The notes under the pieces were generated by a model. That model made no database searches and was not told the DNA's origin. It saw nothing but the letters and a program-made list of their open reading frames with translations. Shown one piece after another: positions 34,219 to 43,732 of a DNA stretch of 64,000 nt (position 1 is its first letter; every line of letters starts with the position of its first letter). The translations under genes were made by a program, and so were the position numbers. Origin of the DNA: Candidatus Bilamarchaeum sp. (GTDB lineage: Archaea; Micrarchaeota; Micrarchaeia; Anstonellales; Bilamarchaeaceae); the NCBI GenBank assembly GCA_035455205.1, contig DATIFM010000036.1, positions 12,152 through 76,151 on the forward strand, in the 5' to 3' direction.

Positions 34219-35073
34219 ATGAGAATACTACTTCTCGGCGCAAGCGGCCTCCTCGGCCGGTATGTAACCTTGCTCGGCGGGCACGAGTGGATTACCGTCT
34301 CGAGGACGCCCGGGAACGCCGCCTTCAGTGTCGACGCGTCGGATGCGGCGGCGCTGGAGAAACTTGTCGCGGCGAAAAAGCCGGACGCGGTGATCAACTG
34401 CGTGAAGAACAGCTTCTCGAGCGACATGGCCGAAACGAGGCGCGAGGAGACATGGCGCTCCAACGTGGTCGTCGCGGACAACATCGCGAAGCTCCAGAAG
34501 AGATTCGGGTACCCGATAGTCCACATCAGCAGCGACTGGGTGTACGAGGGCAGGGAAGGCGAGGTATACACGGAGGAAACCATCCCCTACCCGCAGAACT
34601 TCTATTCATACTCCAAAGCGGTCGCCGAGGAGCGCATCGCGGCGCAGTCGGATGATTTCCTCATCCTCAGGCCCACGGGCCTTTTCGGGCTCGATTCGCG
34701 CGGCGGGAATTTCTTCATGAGGGCAAGGGACGCACTCGGGAGCGGAAAGGAGTTCGGCGCGGCCATTGACCAGTTCTCCCAGCCGATTTACGCCGGCGAG
34801 CTTGCCAGGATTATAGGGGAGGCGCTCGGAAAGAAGGCCCGCGGGATATACAACGCCACTGGAAAGGACTACTGCTCGAGGTACGAGCTTGCTCTGATGT
34901 TCTGCGACGCCTTCGGGTGGGACAAGGCGCTCGTCAGGAAAACCTCCGGCGCGGGCCGGGCGATGCGCGTCCCGAATTTCCTGAAGGTAGACATCACGAA
35001 ACTGGAGCGCGGCATAGCCAAAGTGCGCCCGCTCCGTGAGCAGGTGGCGGCGCTCAAGGGTGAGAGCGGATGA
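34219..35073 (+). CDS. dTDP-4-dehydrorhamnose reductase-like (RfbD/RmlD family)
   Basis: MRILLLGASGLLGRYV, YSYSKAVAEE (YxxxK), about 285 aa, directly upstream of rfbC. The ATG at 34219 is preferred over the track TTG at 34216. Confidence 0.7.
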   Translation: MRILLLGASGLLGRYVTLLGGHEWITVSRTPGNAAFSVDASDAAALEKLVAAKKPDAVINCVKNSFSSDMAETRREETWRSNVVVADNIAKLQKRFGYPIVHISSDWVYEGREGEVYTEETIPYPQNFYSYSKAVAEERIAAQSDDFLILRPTGLFGLDSRGGNFFMRARDALGSGKEFGAAIDQFSQPIYAGELARIIGEALGKKARGIYNATGKDYCSRYELALMFCDAFGWDKALVRKTSGAGRAMRVPNFLKVDITKLERGIAKVRPLREQVAALKGESG

Positions 35074-35624
35074 TAAGGAGGGAGCTTGAAGCCGAAAGCC
35101 TGCCGATACAGGGCGCCTTCATCATCAGGCCCAAGGAATTCGAGGACGAGAGGGGGACTTTCTACAAGCTCTACAACGAGGAGCTGCTCGCGCCGCGCGG
35201 AGCGAAGTGCAATTTCGTCGAGGAATACCTTTCCGTGTCGAAAAAAGGGTCGCTCCGCGGATTCCACTACCAGACAGGGAAATTCGCGCAGGCAAAACTG
35301 GTGCGGTGCGTACGCGGCGAGGTCTTCGACGTAATCGTGGACATGGACAGCCGCTCGCCAACCTTCGGAAAATGGCACTCGGCCACCCTCAGCGAAAAGA
35401 ACATGCTCGGCATCTACGTCCCGCGCACCTGCGCCCATGCGTTCCTCGCCATGAAGGAAGGAAGCAGGCTGCTCTACAAGGCGGACAACGGATACCACCC
35501 GGAGCACGAGGCCGGGATAATATGGAACGACCCGGAACTCAACGTGCCGTGGCCGAAGATGAAGTATATATTGTCGGGCAAGGACAGGGCATGGCCGCTT
35601 TTCCGCGACGCTCCAAAGTTCTAG
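35070..35624 (+). CDS. rfbC: dTDP-4-dehydrorhamnose 3,5-epimerase family (cupin)
   Basis: FEDERGTFYKLYN, RGFHYQ and KLVRCVRGEVFDVIVD are typical RmlC motifs. 4-nt overlap with the preceding gene. Confidence 0.85.
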   Translation: MIRRELEAESLPIQGAFIIRPKEFEDERGTFYKLYNEELLAPRGAKCNFVEEYLSVSKKGSLRGFHYQTGKFAQAKLVRCVRGEVFDVIVDMDSRSPTFGKWHSATLSEKNMLGIYVPRTCAHAFLAMKEGSRLLYKADNGYHPEHEAGIIWNDPELNVPWPKMKYILSGKDRAWPLFRDAPKF

Positions 35625-36973
35625 CGCACCCCGGTCCCGATATAAGCGATTCCCTCGGAGTACTTTTTCCTGTCGTAGATGCGCCTTCCGTCGAAGAGGA
35701 CCGGCTTTGCCATGAGGGAGCGGAACTCCTCCGGGCCTATTCCCGAAAAGTCATTCCATTTCGTCAGCACGAGGGCCATGTGCGCCCCTTTCAGCGCATC
35801 CCTCGGCTCGTCCGCATAGCTTATCATGTCGCCGAACACCCTGCGGGTATTCTCGAGCGCGGCCGGGTCCGTGGCCGTGACTCTCGCGCCCTCGGCAAGA
35901 AGAAGCCTGATGAGGGGGACTGCCGGGGATTCCCGGACATCGTCAGTATCCTGCTTGAACGCCGTGCCTAGAACCGCGGCCTTTTTGCCCTTGAGGGGGC
36001 CCGCGGCCGCCTTCAGCCGCTCAATGATTTTGCCCGGGCGGAGGGAGTTTATGCGGCGCACTTCCGAGAGAAGGGCGGCTTCATCGCCCGTTTTTTTGGA
36101 GAAGCTTATCAGGGCAGAGACGTCCTTGGGGAAGCAGCTCCCGCCGTATCCGCACCCTGCCCGCAGGTAGCCTATAATCTGCGGGTCGAGCGGGGAGCCA
36201 TCGGGCCTGCGGGGGTTGATTCTCGAATCGAGCGTGACTGCGCGCAGGACTTCCTCGGCATCCACGCCTTCGATGGACTCGCAGATGTCGCCTATCTCGT
36301 TGGAGAACGAGATGAGCGTCGCGAGCAGGGAGTTGTTCGCGTATTTTATCATCTCGGCGGTGCGCGTGTTCACGCTGATTATCTTCCCGCCGAACATGCC
36401 TTCATAAACTGCGGCGACGGCCTTGCGCGTCTCCTCGTCCTCGGCCCCTATCACAATCCGGTCCGGCTCCATCGAGTCGCGCACCGCGCTTCCTTCCCGC
36501 AGGAATTCGGGGTTCGACGCTATGCCGAAGCCGGAGGGGTGCGACTTCCCGGATGATTCTGAAAGCGCTTTCAGCACTATACCGGCCGCAGTCCCGGGCA
36601 CTACCGTGCTTTTCACCACGACGACGTGCCGCCCCGGCTTGGACTTCAGTGCCGCCCCGATGTCCCGGCTCGCCTTCTCCACCTGCGAGGTGTCGATGCT
36701 TCCGTCCGGATGGGACGGGGTACCGACGCATATGAATGAGATGTCCGTTCCGGAGACCGCTTCAACTACGGACGTTGTCGCGCGAAGCCGCTTTCCGGAG
36801 TTGCGCGCGAGGAGCTCAGCCAGGCCCGGCTCGTGGATTGTCGGGATGCCGGAGTTGATTTTCCTGACCACGTCCTCCCGCAGGTCCACGCATGCGACCT
36901 CGTGGCCCTTCTCGGCGAAGCACGCGGCAGTTACGAGGCCGACGTATCCGGTGCCGATTATGCTTATTTTCAT
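35621..36973 (-). CDS. UDP-glucose/GDP-mannose 6-dehydrogenase family
   Basis: MKISIIGTGYVGLVTAACFAEKGHEV, GGSCFPKD (catalytic Cys), about 450 aa. ATGA overlap with the upstream gene. Confidence 0.9.
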   Translation of the reverse strand: MKISIIGTGYVGLVTAACFAEKGHEVACVDLREDVVRKINSGIPTIHEPGLAELLARNSGKRLRATTSVVEAVSGTDISFICVGTPSHPDGSIDTSQVEKASRDIGAALKSKPGRHVVVVKSTVVPGTAAGIVLKALSESSGKSHPSGFGIASNPEFLREGSAVRDSMEPDRIVIGAEDEETRKAVAAVYEGMFGGKIISVNTRTAEMIKYANNSLLATLISFSNEIGDICESIEGVDAEEVLRAVTLDSRINPRRPDGSPLDPQIIGYLRAGCGYGGSCFPKDVSALISFSKKTGDEAALLSEVRRINSLRPGKIIERLKAAAGPLKGKKAAVLGTAFKQDTDDVRESPAVPLIRLLLAEGARVTATDPAALENTRRVFGDMISYADEPRDALKGAHMALVLTKWNDFSGIGPEEFRSLMAKPVLFDGRRIYDRKKYSEGIAYIGTGVR

Positions 36974-38031
36974 TCCATCCCCTCGTACCATGCCTTGAGC
37001 CGGGGGAGGCCCTCGTCGAGGGAAATCGAAGGTGCGTACCCGAGCGCACGAATCTTGGAAAGGTCAGGGCACCTGCGCTGGGGGTTGTCGGTCAGGTAGT
37101 CCTTGTCCTCGCTCATGCGGAACTTCACTTCCCTGCCTCCATAGAGCGACGAGACTTTCCGCGCAAGCGCGAGCATGCTTATCTCCCCGTCCCCTCCGCC
37201 GACGTTGTACGCCTCCCCGTCCGCGCCTTTCAGGAGGATTTTCAGGAAGCCGTCGATGGCGTCCGAGACATAGCAGAAGCTCCGCGTGGCCGAGCCGTCC
37301 GAGAGGAGCGTGATGTCCTTGCCTGAAATCGCGCTCGAAAAGAGGTCGGGGAGCACGCGCCGGTCGTCGAGGCGCAGGCCCGGGCCGTAGACGTTGAACG
37401 GCCTCGTGACCTTCACCGGGACTCTGCGCGCGCGGTGGAAGTTCGCGCAGAGGGTCTCGCCGAATCTTTTGGATTCGTCATAGCAGGCCCGCGGGCCGGT
37501 GCATGACACGTTCCCGCGGTAAGTCTCCGGCGTGGGTATCTCAGAGGGCGGCGGGTCCCCGTAGATTTCCGATGTGGAAAAGAAGAGCATGCTTTCGATT
37601 TTTGATTTCACCGCATGGTCGAGCAGGTTGCGCGTTCCGTACACGTTTGCGTCCATGGTCTCTATCGGGTGAAGCCGGTAGAAGGTGGGCGATGCGATGG
37701 ACGCGCAGTGCAGTATGTAGTCCGGGCGGATGCCCGCCGGGAGCGGCTCGGTGATGCTTCCTTTGATGAGGCGCACGTTTTTTGCCCCTTCGAGGTGAGA
37801 GATGCGCTTTGGCGTCCCGCTGATGAAAGTGTCCAGGCATATCAGCTCCGAGGGGCGGCGGAATTCGGACTGGTTGAGCGCGTGGATTACGTCGAGGAAA
37901 TACGCGCCGAGGAAGCCCGCCCCGCCCGTTACGAGGACGCTTTTTCCTTCGAGCGCCTGGAGCGGGCTGCGGTTGGCCTTGATGATGCGCTCCACGTCCT
38001 CCGCGATGATGCTGCCCGGGCCCCGGCTCAT
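36970..38031 (-). CDS. UDP-glucuronate decarboxylase-like SDR (UXS/ArnA-C family)
   Basis: From MSRGPGS...GKSVLVTGGAGFLGAYF, with CYDESKRFGETLC (compare UXS CYDEGKRVAETLC). The 74-aa Arg-rich extension in the track ORF is rejected. Confidence 0.75.
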   Translation of the reverse strand: MSRGPGSIIAEDVERIIKANRSPLQALEGKSVLVTGGAGFLGAYFLDVIHALNQSEFRRPSELICLDTFISGTPKRISHLEGAKNVRLIKGSITEPLPAGIRPDYILHCASIASPTFYRLHPIETMDANVYGTRNLLDHAVKSKIESMLFFSTSEIYGDPPPSEIPTPETYRGNVSCTGPRACYDESKRFGETLCANFHRARRVPVKVTRPFNVYGPGLRLDDRRVLPDLFSSAISGKDITLLSDGSATRSFCYVSDAIDGFLKILLKGADGEAYNVGGGDGEISMLALARKVSSLYGGREVKFRMSEDKDYLTDNPQRRCPDLSKIRALGYAPSISLDEGLPRLKAWYEGME

Positions 38032-38804
38032 TTCCACACCTTCCACGGCGCGGCCCCCTTCTCCCAGAGCTCGTCGAGCTCCTTCTTGTCGCGCATGGTG
38101 TCCATGGGCTTCCAGAACCCGGGGTGCTTGTACGCGCCGAGCTTTCCCTCCTGCGCGACTTTCCCGAGGACTTCGCGCTCCCAGACGCTCCCGTCGCCCT
38201 TGATGTAATCGAAGATGCCGGTTTCGAGCACGAAGAATCCGCCGTTCACCCACCCTCCGTCGCCCCTGGGCTTCTCGACGAATGAGGAGACCGAGTCGCC
38301 ATCCAGCTTCAGCGCCCCGAACCGCCCGGGGGGCTGGACCGCCGTGAGCGTAGCGAGCTTGCCGGACTTCTTGTGGAAAGAGAGTAGCCTGGAAACGTCC
38401 ACGTCGGACACACCGTCTCCGTAGGTCATCATGAAGGGGCCGTCCACGTATTTTTCCACGCGCTTCACCCTACCGCCGGTAAGAGTGTCCTGCCCGGTGT
38501 CAAGGAGGGTTATCGTCCAGTCGTCCACGCTCGTGTTATGGACAGTAGTCGTATTCGTCCTGAGCTTTATCGTGAGGTCGGAGTTGTGGAGGAAATAGTT
38601 CGCGAACCACTCTTTTATCATGTAGCCCTTGTATCCGAGGCAGACTATGAAGTCGTTTATCCCGTATTTTGAGTATATCTTCATTATGTGCCAGAGAATC
38701 GGCTTGCCGCCTATCTCGACCATCGGCTTGGGCTTCACCACGGTCTCTTCGCTGAGGCGTGTTCCGAGGCCGCCTGCAAGTATCACAGCTTTCATGGAAT
38801 CCAT
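38028..38804 (-). CDS. rfbF: glucose-1-phosphate cytidylyltransferase
   Basis: MKAVILAGGLGTRLSEETVVKPKPMVEIGGKPILWHIMKIYSKYGINDFIVCLGYKGYMIKEWFANYFLHNSD is nearly the textbook RfbF sequence. Confidence 0.9.
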   Translation of the reverse strand: MDSMKAVILAGGLGTRLSEETVVKPKPMVEIGGKPILWHIMKIYSKYGINDFIVCLGYKGYMIKEWFANYFLHNSDLTIKLRTNTTTVHNTSVDDWTITLLDTGQDTLTGGRVKRVEKYVDGPFMMTYGDGVSDVDVSRLLSFHKKSGKLATLTAVQPPGRFGALKLDGDSVSSFVEKPRGDGGWVNGGFFVLETGIFDYIKGDGSVWEREVLGKVAQEGKLGAYKHPGFWKPMDTMRDKKELDELWEKGAAPWKVWK

Positions 38805-38819
38805 AATGCAATGAGCACG

Positions 38820-39731
38820 TTAAAATCCGTTGCGCAGCCATGAAAGGCACGAGCGCGCGCCGTCCCTGAAGCCCACTTTCGGCGCCCACCCGAGGGACTG
38901 CATCTTCGAGATGTCGAGGAGCATCACTTTCATGTCCCCGGCCCACCCGCGCGGGGTGCCGGTGTATCGCAGTACGGGCTTGAGCTTCATCTCCCGGCAT
39001 ACCAGCGCGGCGATTTCGCTCACTTTGGTTTTCTCGCGGCTGCCGATATTGAAGACATCGTATGCGGCTTTCTGCTTCTTCCATGCGGTGAGCGTCGCGG
39101 ATATGCAGTCCGAGACGTGCAGATAGGACTTGTCCTGGTTCCCGTCGCCGAGGATTTCGAGCGCCTTCGGGTTCTTCTTCAGCTTCATGAAGAAGTCGCA
39201 TATCACACCGTGGGTGCTCCGCTCCCCGATTATGTTGGCGTAGCGCAGCGAGGTGCATTTCATGCCGTAGGAAGCAGAATACGCGCTGAGGTATGCCTCG
39301 CACGAGAGCTTGCTCGCGCCGTAGTTGCTGATGGGCGCGCAGGGGTAGTCCTCGGGAGTGGGGATTTTCCCAGCCTCGCCATACACGGTGGAGGTCGAGG
39401 GGAACACGATGCGCCCGACGCCGGCCTTCCGGCAGGACTCGAGCACAGAGAACGTGCCGCCGACATTGATATCGAAAGTTTTCCTGGGGGTGTTTGCGCT
39501 CGCACGGACATCCGCATCTGCCGCAAAATGGAATACCGCATCCAGGCCCGCGAATTCATCCGAAAGGTCCTTCCGGACATCCCTTTTCACGAACCTCGCC
39601 TTCGGGTTCAGGTTTGCCTTCCTCCCGCCCGAAAGGTCGTCTATCACCGTCACCCCGTGCCCTTCAGCGACGAGGGCGTCGGCAAGGTGGGAGCCGATGA
39701 ATCCGGCGCCGCCTGTGACCGCCACTTTCAT
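38820..39731 (-). CDS. NAD-dependent sugar epimerase (GalE-like SDR)
   Basis: MKVAVTGGAGFIGSHLADAL, YGASKLSCEAY (YxxxK), 303 aa. Confidence 0.85.
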   Translation of the reverse strand: MKVAVTGGAGFIGSHLADALVAEGHGVTVIDDLSGGRKANLNPKARFVKRDVRKDLSDEFAGLDAVFHFAADADVRASANTPRKTFDINVGGTFSVLESCRKAGVGRIVFPSTSTVYGEAGKIPTPEDYPCAPISNYGASKLSCEAYLSAYSASYGMKCTSLRYANIIGERSTHGVICDFFMKLKKNPKALEILGDGNQDKSYLHVSDCISATLTAWKKQKAAYDVFNIGSREKTKVSEIAALVCREMKLKPVLRYTGTPRGWAGDMKVMLLDISKMQSLGWAPKVGFRDGARSCLSWLRNGF

Positions 39732-39784
39732 GAGTAGCTATCCAGCGCCAGCCTTTTTATTCAGGCGGGACGCCGGCCGGCGAT

Positions 39785-41179
39785 GTGGCTGCCCACATCC
39801 CGGGATGCAGAAACAATATATTCGCCACATCTGCTTCCTGCACGGGGGATTGCGTGCTTGGCTGGAGGGTGGTCGGGGGCGGCGAGTACACGCTCGACAT
39901 GCCGCGCCTGAGCGCGGAGGAGGAGGGCCTGATATGCGTGGCCGAGGAGCGTTTCAGGGAGGCCGCAAGGGGCGGGGCCATCGAGAGCGAGAAGCTGATA
40001 ACGCAGCTCGTTTCCGGCGCTGCAGCAGAGGGGGGAATTTACCTGAGCCGGGCCCAGGAATCCTATCTTGCCCGGATGGCGCACATGCACATCTATGGCT
40101 TCTGGTTCATGGACGAGCTTTTATCTGACCCGGGGATAGAGGAGATAAGCGTCATCGGCCCGGGCAAGCCGGTCTACGTCTATGCGAGGAAAGGGGGCTG
40201 GCTCAGGGTGAACGCGGTTTTCGAAGACGAGCGCGCGATAGGCGAGCTCATCAACAGGATGGCCGCGAAGCTCGGGCGCAGGATAACGATGCAGAACCCG
40301 CGCCTCGATGCGATGCTGCCGGACGGCTCCCGCCTGCATGCCTCGCTCCCTCCGGTCTCGGCCGGGGAGATAACAATCCGGCGCTTCAGGCAGAGCCCCC
40401 TGTCGCCTGCCGAGCTCGTCGCGAACAAAACCGCCGGGGCCGAAGCGCTCGCCTTCCTTTCCGTTTTGATGCAGTGCGACAGCTCGGTGCTCATCGCGGG
40501 AAACACGGCAAGCGGGAAGACGAGCACCCTCAATGCGCTATTCTCATTCGTGCCCTCGAACGAGCGGGTGATAATCACCGAGGAGACGCCGGAGATAACG
40601 ATACCGCACCAGCACCAGATGCGGCTCGTTGCCAACCGCGACATGGGAATCTCGCTCAAGGACCTCGTGTACGATACATTGAGGATGAGGCCGGACAGGA
40701 TGATCGTGGGGGAGGTCAGGAACCGCGAGGAGAGCGAGGCTCTCTTCGACGTGCTCCTTGCCGGGCAGGCGAGGGGATGCTATGCAACGTTCCACGCGCA
40801 GAGCGCACAGGAAGCGCTGGGCAGGCTCCGCTCCTTCGGAATCAGGGGCGAGGACCTTTCCAGCATTGACTGCATAGTGGTGCAGAGGAGGATGCTTTCG
40901 TACGACCCGAAAAAACGGGCGGGCACGGAAGTGAGGAAAATAGTGGAGATAGCCGGGGTGGCGGGGGGGGATACGCATGCGATATTCCCGGGGCAGGGGG
41001 CAATGAAAAGCGAGTTGTTCAGGCGATCTGCCGAAAGTTTCGGCCTGAGCGCGAAGGAGATGGGGGAGGAGCTCGGCGCGAGGGCGGGGATGATCGCCCG
41101 GGCGGGCCCTGGATTCCCGGAATTCTTCAAAGAGGTGCAGAAAAAGCTCTACGGGCTGGGTGGCGCGGATGCTTTATGA
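39785..41179 (+). CDS. type II/IV secretion-family ATPase (archaeal type-IV-pilus/archaellum assembly ATPase, FlaI/VirB11-like)
   Basis: Walker A GNTASGKTSTLNAL, ITEETPEI, RMRPDRMIVGEVRNREESEALF and His-box ATFHA. The true start may lie up to about 30 codons downstream of the track start. Confidence 0.85.
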   Translation: MAAHIPGCRNNIFATSASCTGDCVLGWRVVGGGEYTLDMPRLSAEEEGLICVAEERFREAARGGAIESEKLITQLVSGAAAEGGIYLSRAQESYLARMAHMHIYGFWFMDELLSDPGIEEISVIGPGKPVYVYARKGGWLRVNAVFEDERAIGELINRMAAKLGRRITMQNPRLDAMLPDGSRLHASLPPVSAGEITIRRFRQSPLSPAELVANKTAGAEALAFLSVLMQCDSSVLIAGNTASGKTSTLNALFSFVPSNERVIITEETPEITIPHQHQMRLVANRDMGISLKDLVYDTLRMRPDRMIVGEVRNREESEALFDVLLAGQARGCYATFHAQSAQEALGRLRSFGIRGEDLSSIDCIVVQRRMLSYDPKKRAGTEVRKIVEIAGVAGGDTHAIFPGQGAMKSELFRRSAESFGLSAKEMGEELGARAGMIARAGPGFPEFFKEVQKKLYGLGGADAL

Positions 41180-42704
41180 GATGTGCAGGCTTTTCCCGCC
41201 GCTTCCCGTGCGCTTTCCCGAAAGCAAAAGGCTGGCCCTCCTTGGAATCGAGCCGCAGAGGTATGCAGCGATGGCCCTCGCCCTTTCGCTCGCGGCGTTC
41301 ATCGCCGCGCTCGCGTTCTCGAAATCCGCGCTCTTTGCGGCCGCGGCGGCGGCGGGCGCCGCCGCAATCGTCATCGTGCTCCCGAAACTGGAAATGGCGA
41401 GGCGCGCCGCGGACATCGAGTCGGAGCTCCCCCTCTTTTTGCGCAGCCTCGGGATGCTCATGGAGTTCGGGATGCCGTTCCAGCGCGCGCTCGAGTGCGC
41501 GGCGCGGGGATGCGGCGCGCTCGAGGAGGAAATCGGGAGGTGCTGCCTCGAGATGAGGCGCGGAATGGCGGCGCAAAAGGCGCTTTCCATGCTCGCCCTG
41601 GGCTACGACTCGATGGCGCTCAAGAGGGCCGTTTCAGCGCTCGCCATCTCTTTCGAGAGCGGAGCGGGGGGAGCGGAAATCCGGAAAATCGGAGACGACA
41701 TGCTCTCCCTCGAGCGCTTCAGGCTGAGGGAGTACGCCTCGAAAAGCGCTATTTTCGGCCTCGTCCTCATCGTAACGGGCGCTATCCTCCCGACATTCTT
41801 CCTGGTCTATTTTGTTGCGGGGCCTTCCTCCGGACTGGGAGATGCGGAGATGCGCATCGCGATGCTCGTCGTCTTCCCGATGTGCAGCCTCCTCGCGATT
41901 CTCCTTTCGCGCTCGATGATGCCGAGGATGGTTTTCGGGAACTCCGGTCTGAGCCTTCTTTCGATGGCGCCGGGGGCGATAGTAGTCGCAGGCGATTTGC
42001 TCATGCCGAAGTTCCAGCTTGCTTTCCTCGCCGCGGGCGTGGGCGCCGGGGCATACGCATTATACAGGACGTTCGCCGCCGAGAGCAGGCTCGAGGACAT
42101 CGAGCGCAGGCTGCCCGACGCGCTGTTTTCGGCCGGGGGCATGCCGAAATCGTCATCGGCCGAGCGCCTTTTCAGGATGATTGCCGAGGGCGGATTCGGG
42201 GCTCTTTCTGCCGAGGCGGCAAAGTCGCTCAGGCAGATAAGTGCGAACGTCCCGCCCCCCGCCGCCCTCGAGGACCTCTGGCAGAGGAACCGCTCCCCGA
42301 TGCTCCGGAGGGCGTGCATGATGCTCCGGAGCATGATGGACACGAACTCGCTCGACCGCATCGGGATGCTCGCGGACGACATGATAAAGAGCGCCCAGCT
42401 GAAGAGGGAGCGGGCCTCTGTTTTCTCGATGCAGAAATACACGCTGCTCGCGGGCGCACTCTTCATCCCGCTCATCCTGAAGATGGCGCTCTCCCTGCTT
42501 TCAGGGATGGGAGACCTGCTCGGCGGGGGAGCGGCGGCGAAAATCGCTTCTGCCGGCGCGATTGCGCCGGCTTACCTGGTCGCCTATTCGGTCATCTCCT
42601 CGGCCGCCATAGGCGATTACGAGGGGAAGAAGTCGGCGGCGGTGATATACCTTGCGGCAATGGGGATAATCAGCCTGCTTGCGTTCCGCTTTATAAGTTT
42701 TTGA
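41160..42704 (+). CDS. type-IV-pilus/archaellum platform membrane protein (FlaJ/TadC, T2SS-F-like)
   Basis: 514 aa polytopic protein with two cytoplasmic helical domains separated by TM clusters. Overlaps the ATPase gene end. Family assignment rests on architecture and synteny rather than on a sharp motif. Confidence 0.6.
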   Translation: MARMLYEMCRLFPPLPVRFPESKRLALLGIEPQRYAAMALALSLAAFIAALAFSKSALFAAAAAAGAAAIVIVLPKLEMARRAADIESELPLFLRSLGMLMEFGMPFQRALECAARGCGALEEEIGRCCLEMRRGMAAQKALSMLALGYDSMALKRAVSALAISFESGAGGAEIRKIGDDMLSLERFRLREYASKSAIFGLVLIVTGAILPTFFLVYFVAGPSSGLGDAEMRIAMLVVFPMCSLLAILLSRSMMPRMVFGNSGLSLLSMAPGAIVVAGDLLMPKFQLAFLAAGVGAGAYALYRTFAAESRLEDIERRLPDALFSAGGMPKSSSAERLFRMIAEGGFGALSAEAAKSLRQISANVPPPAALEDLWQRNRSPMLRRACMMLRSMMDTNSLDRIGMLADDMIKSAQLKRERASVFSMQKYTLLAGALFIPLILKMALSLLSGMGDLLGGGAAAKIASAGAIAPAYLVAYSVISSAAIGDYEGKKSAAVIYLAAMGIISLLAFRFISF

Positions 42705-42719
42705 AGAGAGTAACCTGCG

Positions 42720-43190
42720 ATGGACAGCATCACATCGGCAGCGCTCTCGGTTGACAACCCGCTCCTGCGGGCCGCCGGGGAGTTCCTGGACAACCCCCTG
42801 GTTTTCAGCGCGCTCATCCTTGCCGCGCTCCTCATCGGCGAAAGCAGGATGGAGAAGAGGAAGAAGGCGCTCCTATCCATCCTGCTTGCAGTCCTGTGCG
42901 GCTACGCGCTCAAGTTCGCGCTGGCCGTAGAGAGGCCCTGCGCCGGGGAGAGCTGGTGCCCGTCCGATTTCTCGTTCCCGAGCCTCCATGCGACCGCGGC
43001 CTTCAGCCTGATGATAGGGTTCCTGAACAAGAAGTCCTTTCCCTTCTACCTCCTGTTCGCGCTTTTCATAGGCTTCACGAGGATGAACATCGGAGTGCAC
43101 GTATTTGCCGACATAGCGGCCGCGCTCCCGATAGCGATAGTGGCATATTACGCCATAGACCTGGGTGAAAAAAATGGAAAAGGAGACTGA
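42720..43190 (+). CDS. PAP2-family lipid phosphatase (polyprenyl-diphosphate phosphatase candidate)
   Basis: KFALAVERP, FPSLHA and TRMNIGVHVFAD correspond to the three PAP2 motifs (KxxxxxxRP, PSGH, SRxxxxxHxxxD). Confidence 0.75.
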   Translation: MDSITSAALSVDNPLLRAAGEFLDNPLVFSALILAALLIGESRMEKRKKALLSILLAVLCGYALKFALAVERPCAGESWCPSDFSFPSLHATAAFSLMIGFLNKKSFPFYLLFALFIGFTRMNIGVHVFADIAAALPIAIVAYYAIDLGEKNGKGD

Positions 43191-43722
43191 GCGCCAGCTC
43201 TTCCACATGCTGATAGGGTGCTGCACGATTGCGGCGCTTTTCGTGCTCGGCAGGGGATTTGCCATCGCCGCGGTCTTCTTCACGATAATAATCGGCCTCG
43301 TCCTGATGAACAGGCGGCTACTCGGGCAGAGGATTCCGCTCGTAACCTGGTTCGAGGAGAAGTTCGAGCGCGAAAACGCCCGCCTCCCGGGATGGGGCTC
43401 TGCCTGCTACGCGGCAGGGGTGCTCGTCGCCCTCACGTTCCTCGCAGAGCCTTCGCGCATAGCGGCGGTCATATTCATACTCGGAATCGGCGACGGCGTT
43501 TCAACCATCGCAGGGAGGCTCGGTAAAGTGAAACTCCCTCACAACCCGTCAAAGACGCTCGAGGGCTCGATAGCCTTCGTCGCGGCGTCGCTCCCTGCGT
43601 ATTTCCTCATCGGCCCCCTCGTACTCCCGGCGGCTCTCGTGGGCGCGATTGCCGAGAGCCTGCCCCTCGAGGACAACCTGACGATACCAATCGCGTGCAC
43701 CGCGCTCCTGCTCATCCTGTGA
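43165..43722 (+). CDS. CTP-dependent polyprenol (dolichol) kinase / CdsA-family membrane protein
   Basis: Polytopic, with GIGDGVSTIAGRLGK...KTLEGSIAF typical of the CTP_transf_1/dolichol kinase family. Confidence 0.6.
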   Translation: MKKMEKETERQLFHMLIGCCTIAALFVLGRGFAIAAVFFTIIIGLVLMNRRLLGQRIPLVTWFEEKFERENARLPGWGSACYAAGVLVALTFLAEPSRIAAVIFILGIGDGVSTIAGRLGKVKLPHNPSKTLEGSIAFVAASLPAYFLIGPLVLPAALVGAIAESLPLEDNLTIPIACTALLLIL

Positions 43723-43732
43723 GGGTGGAAAA

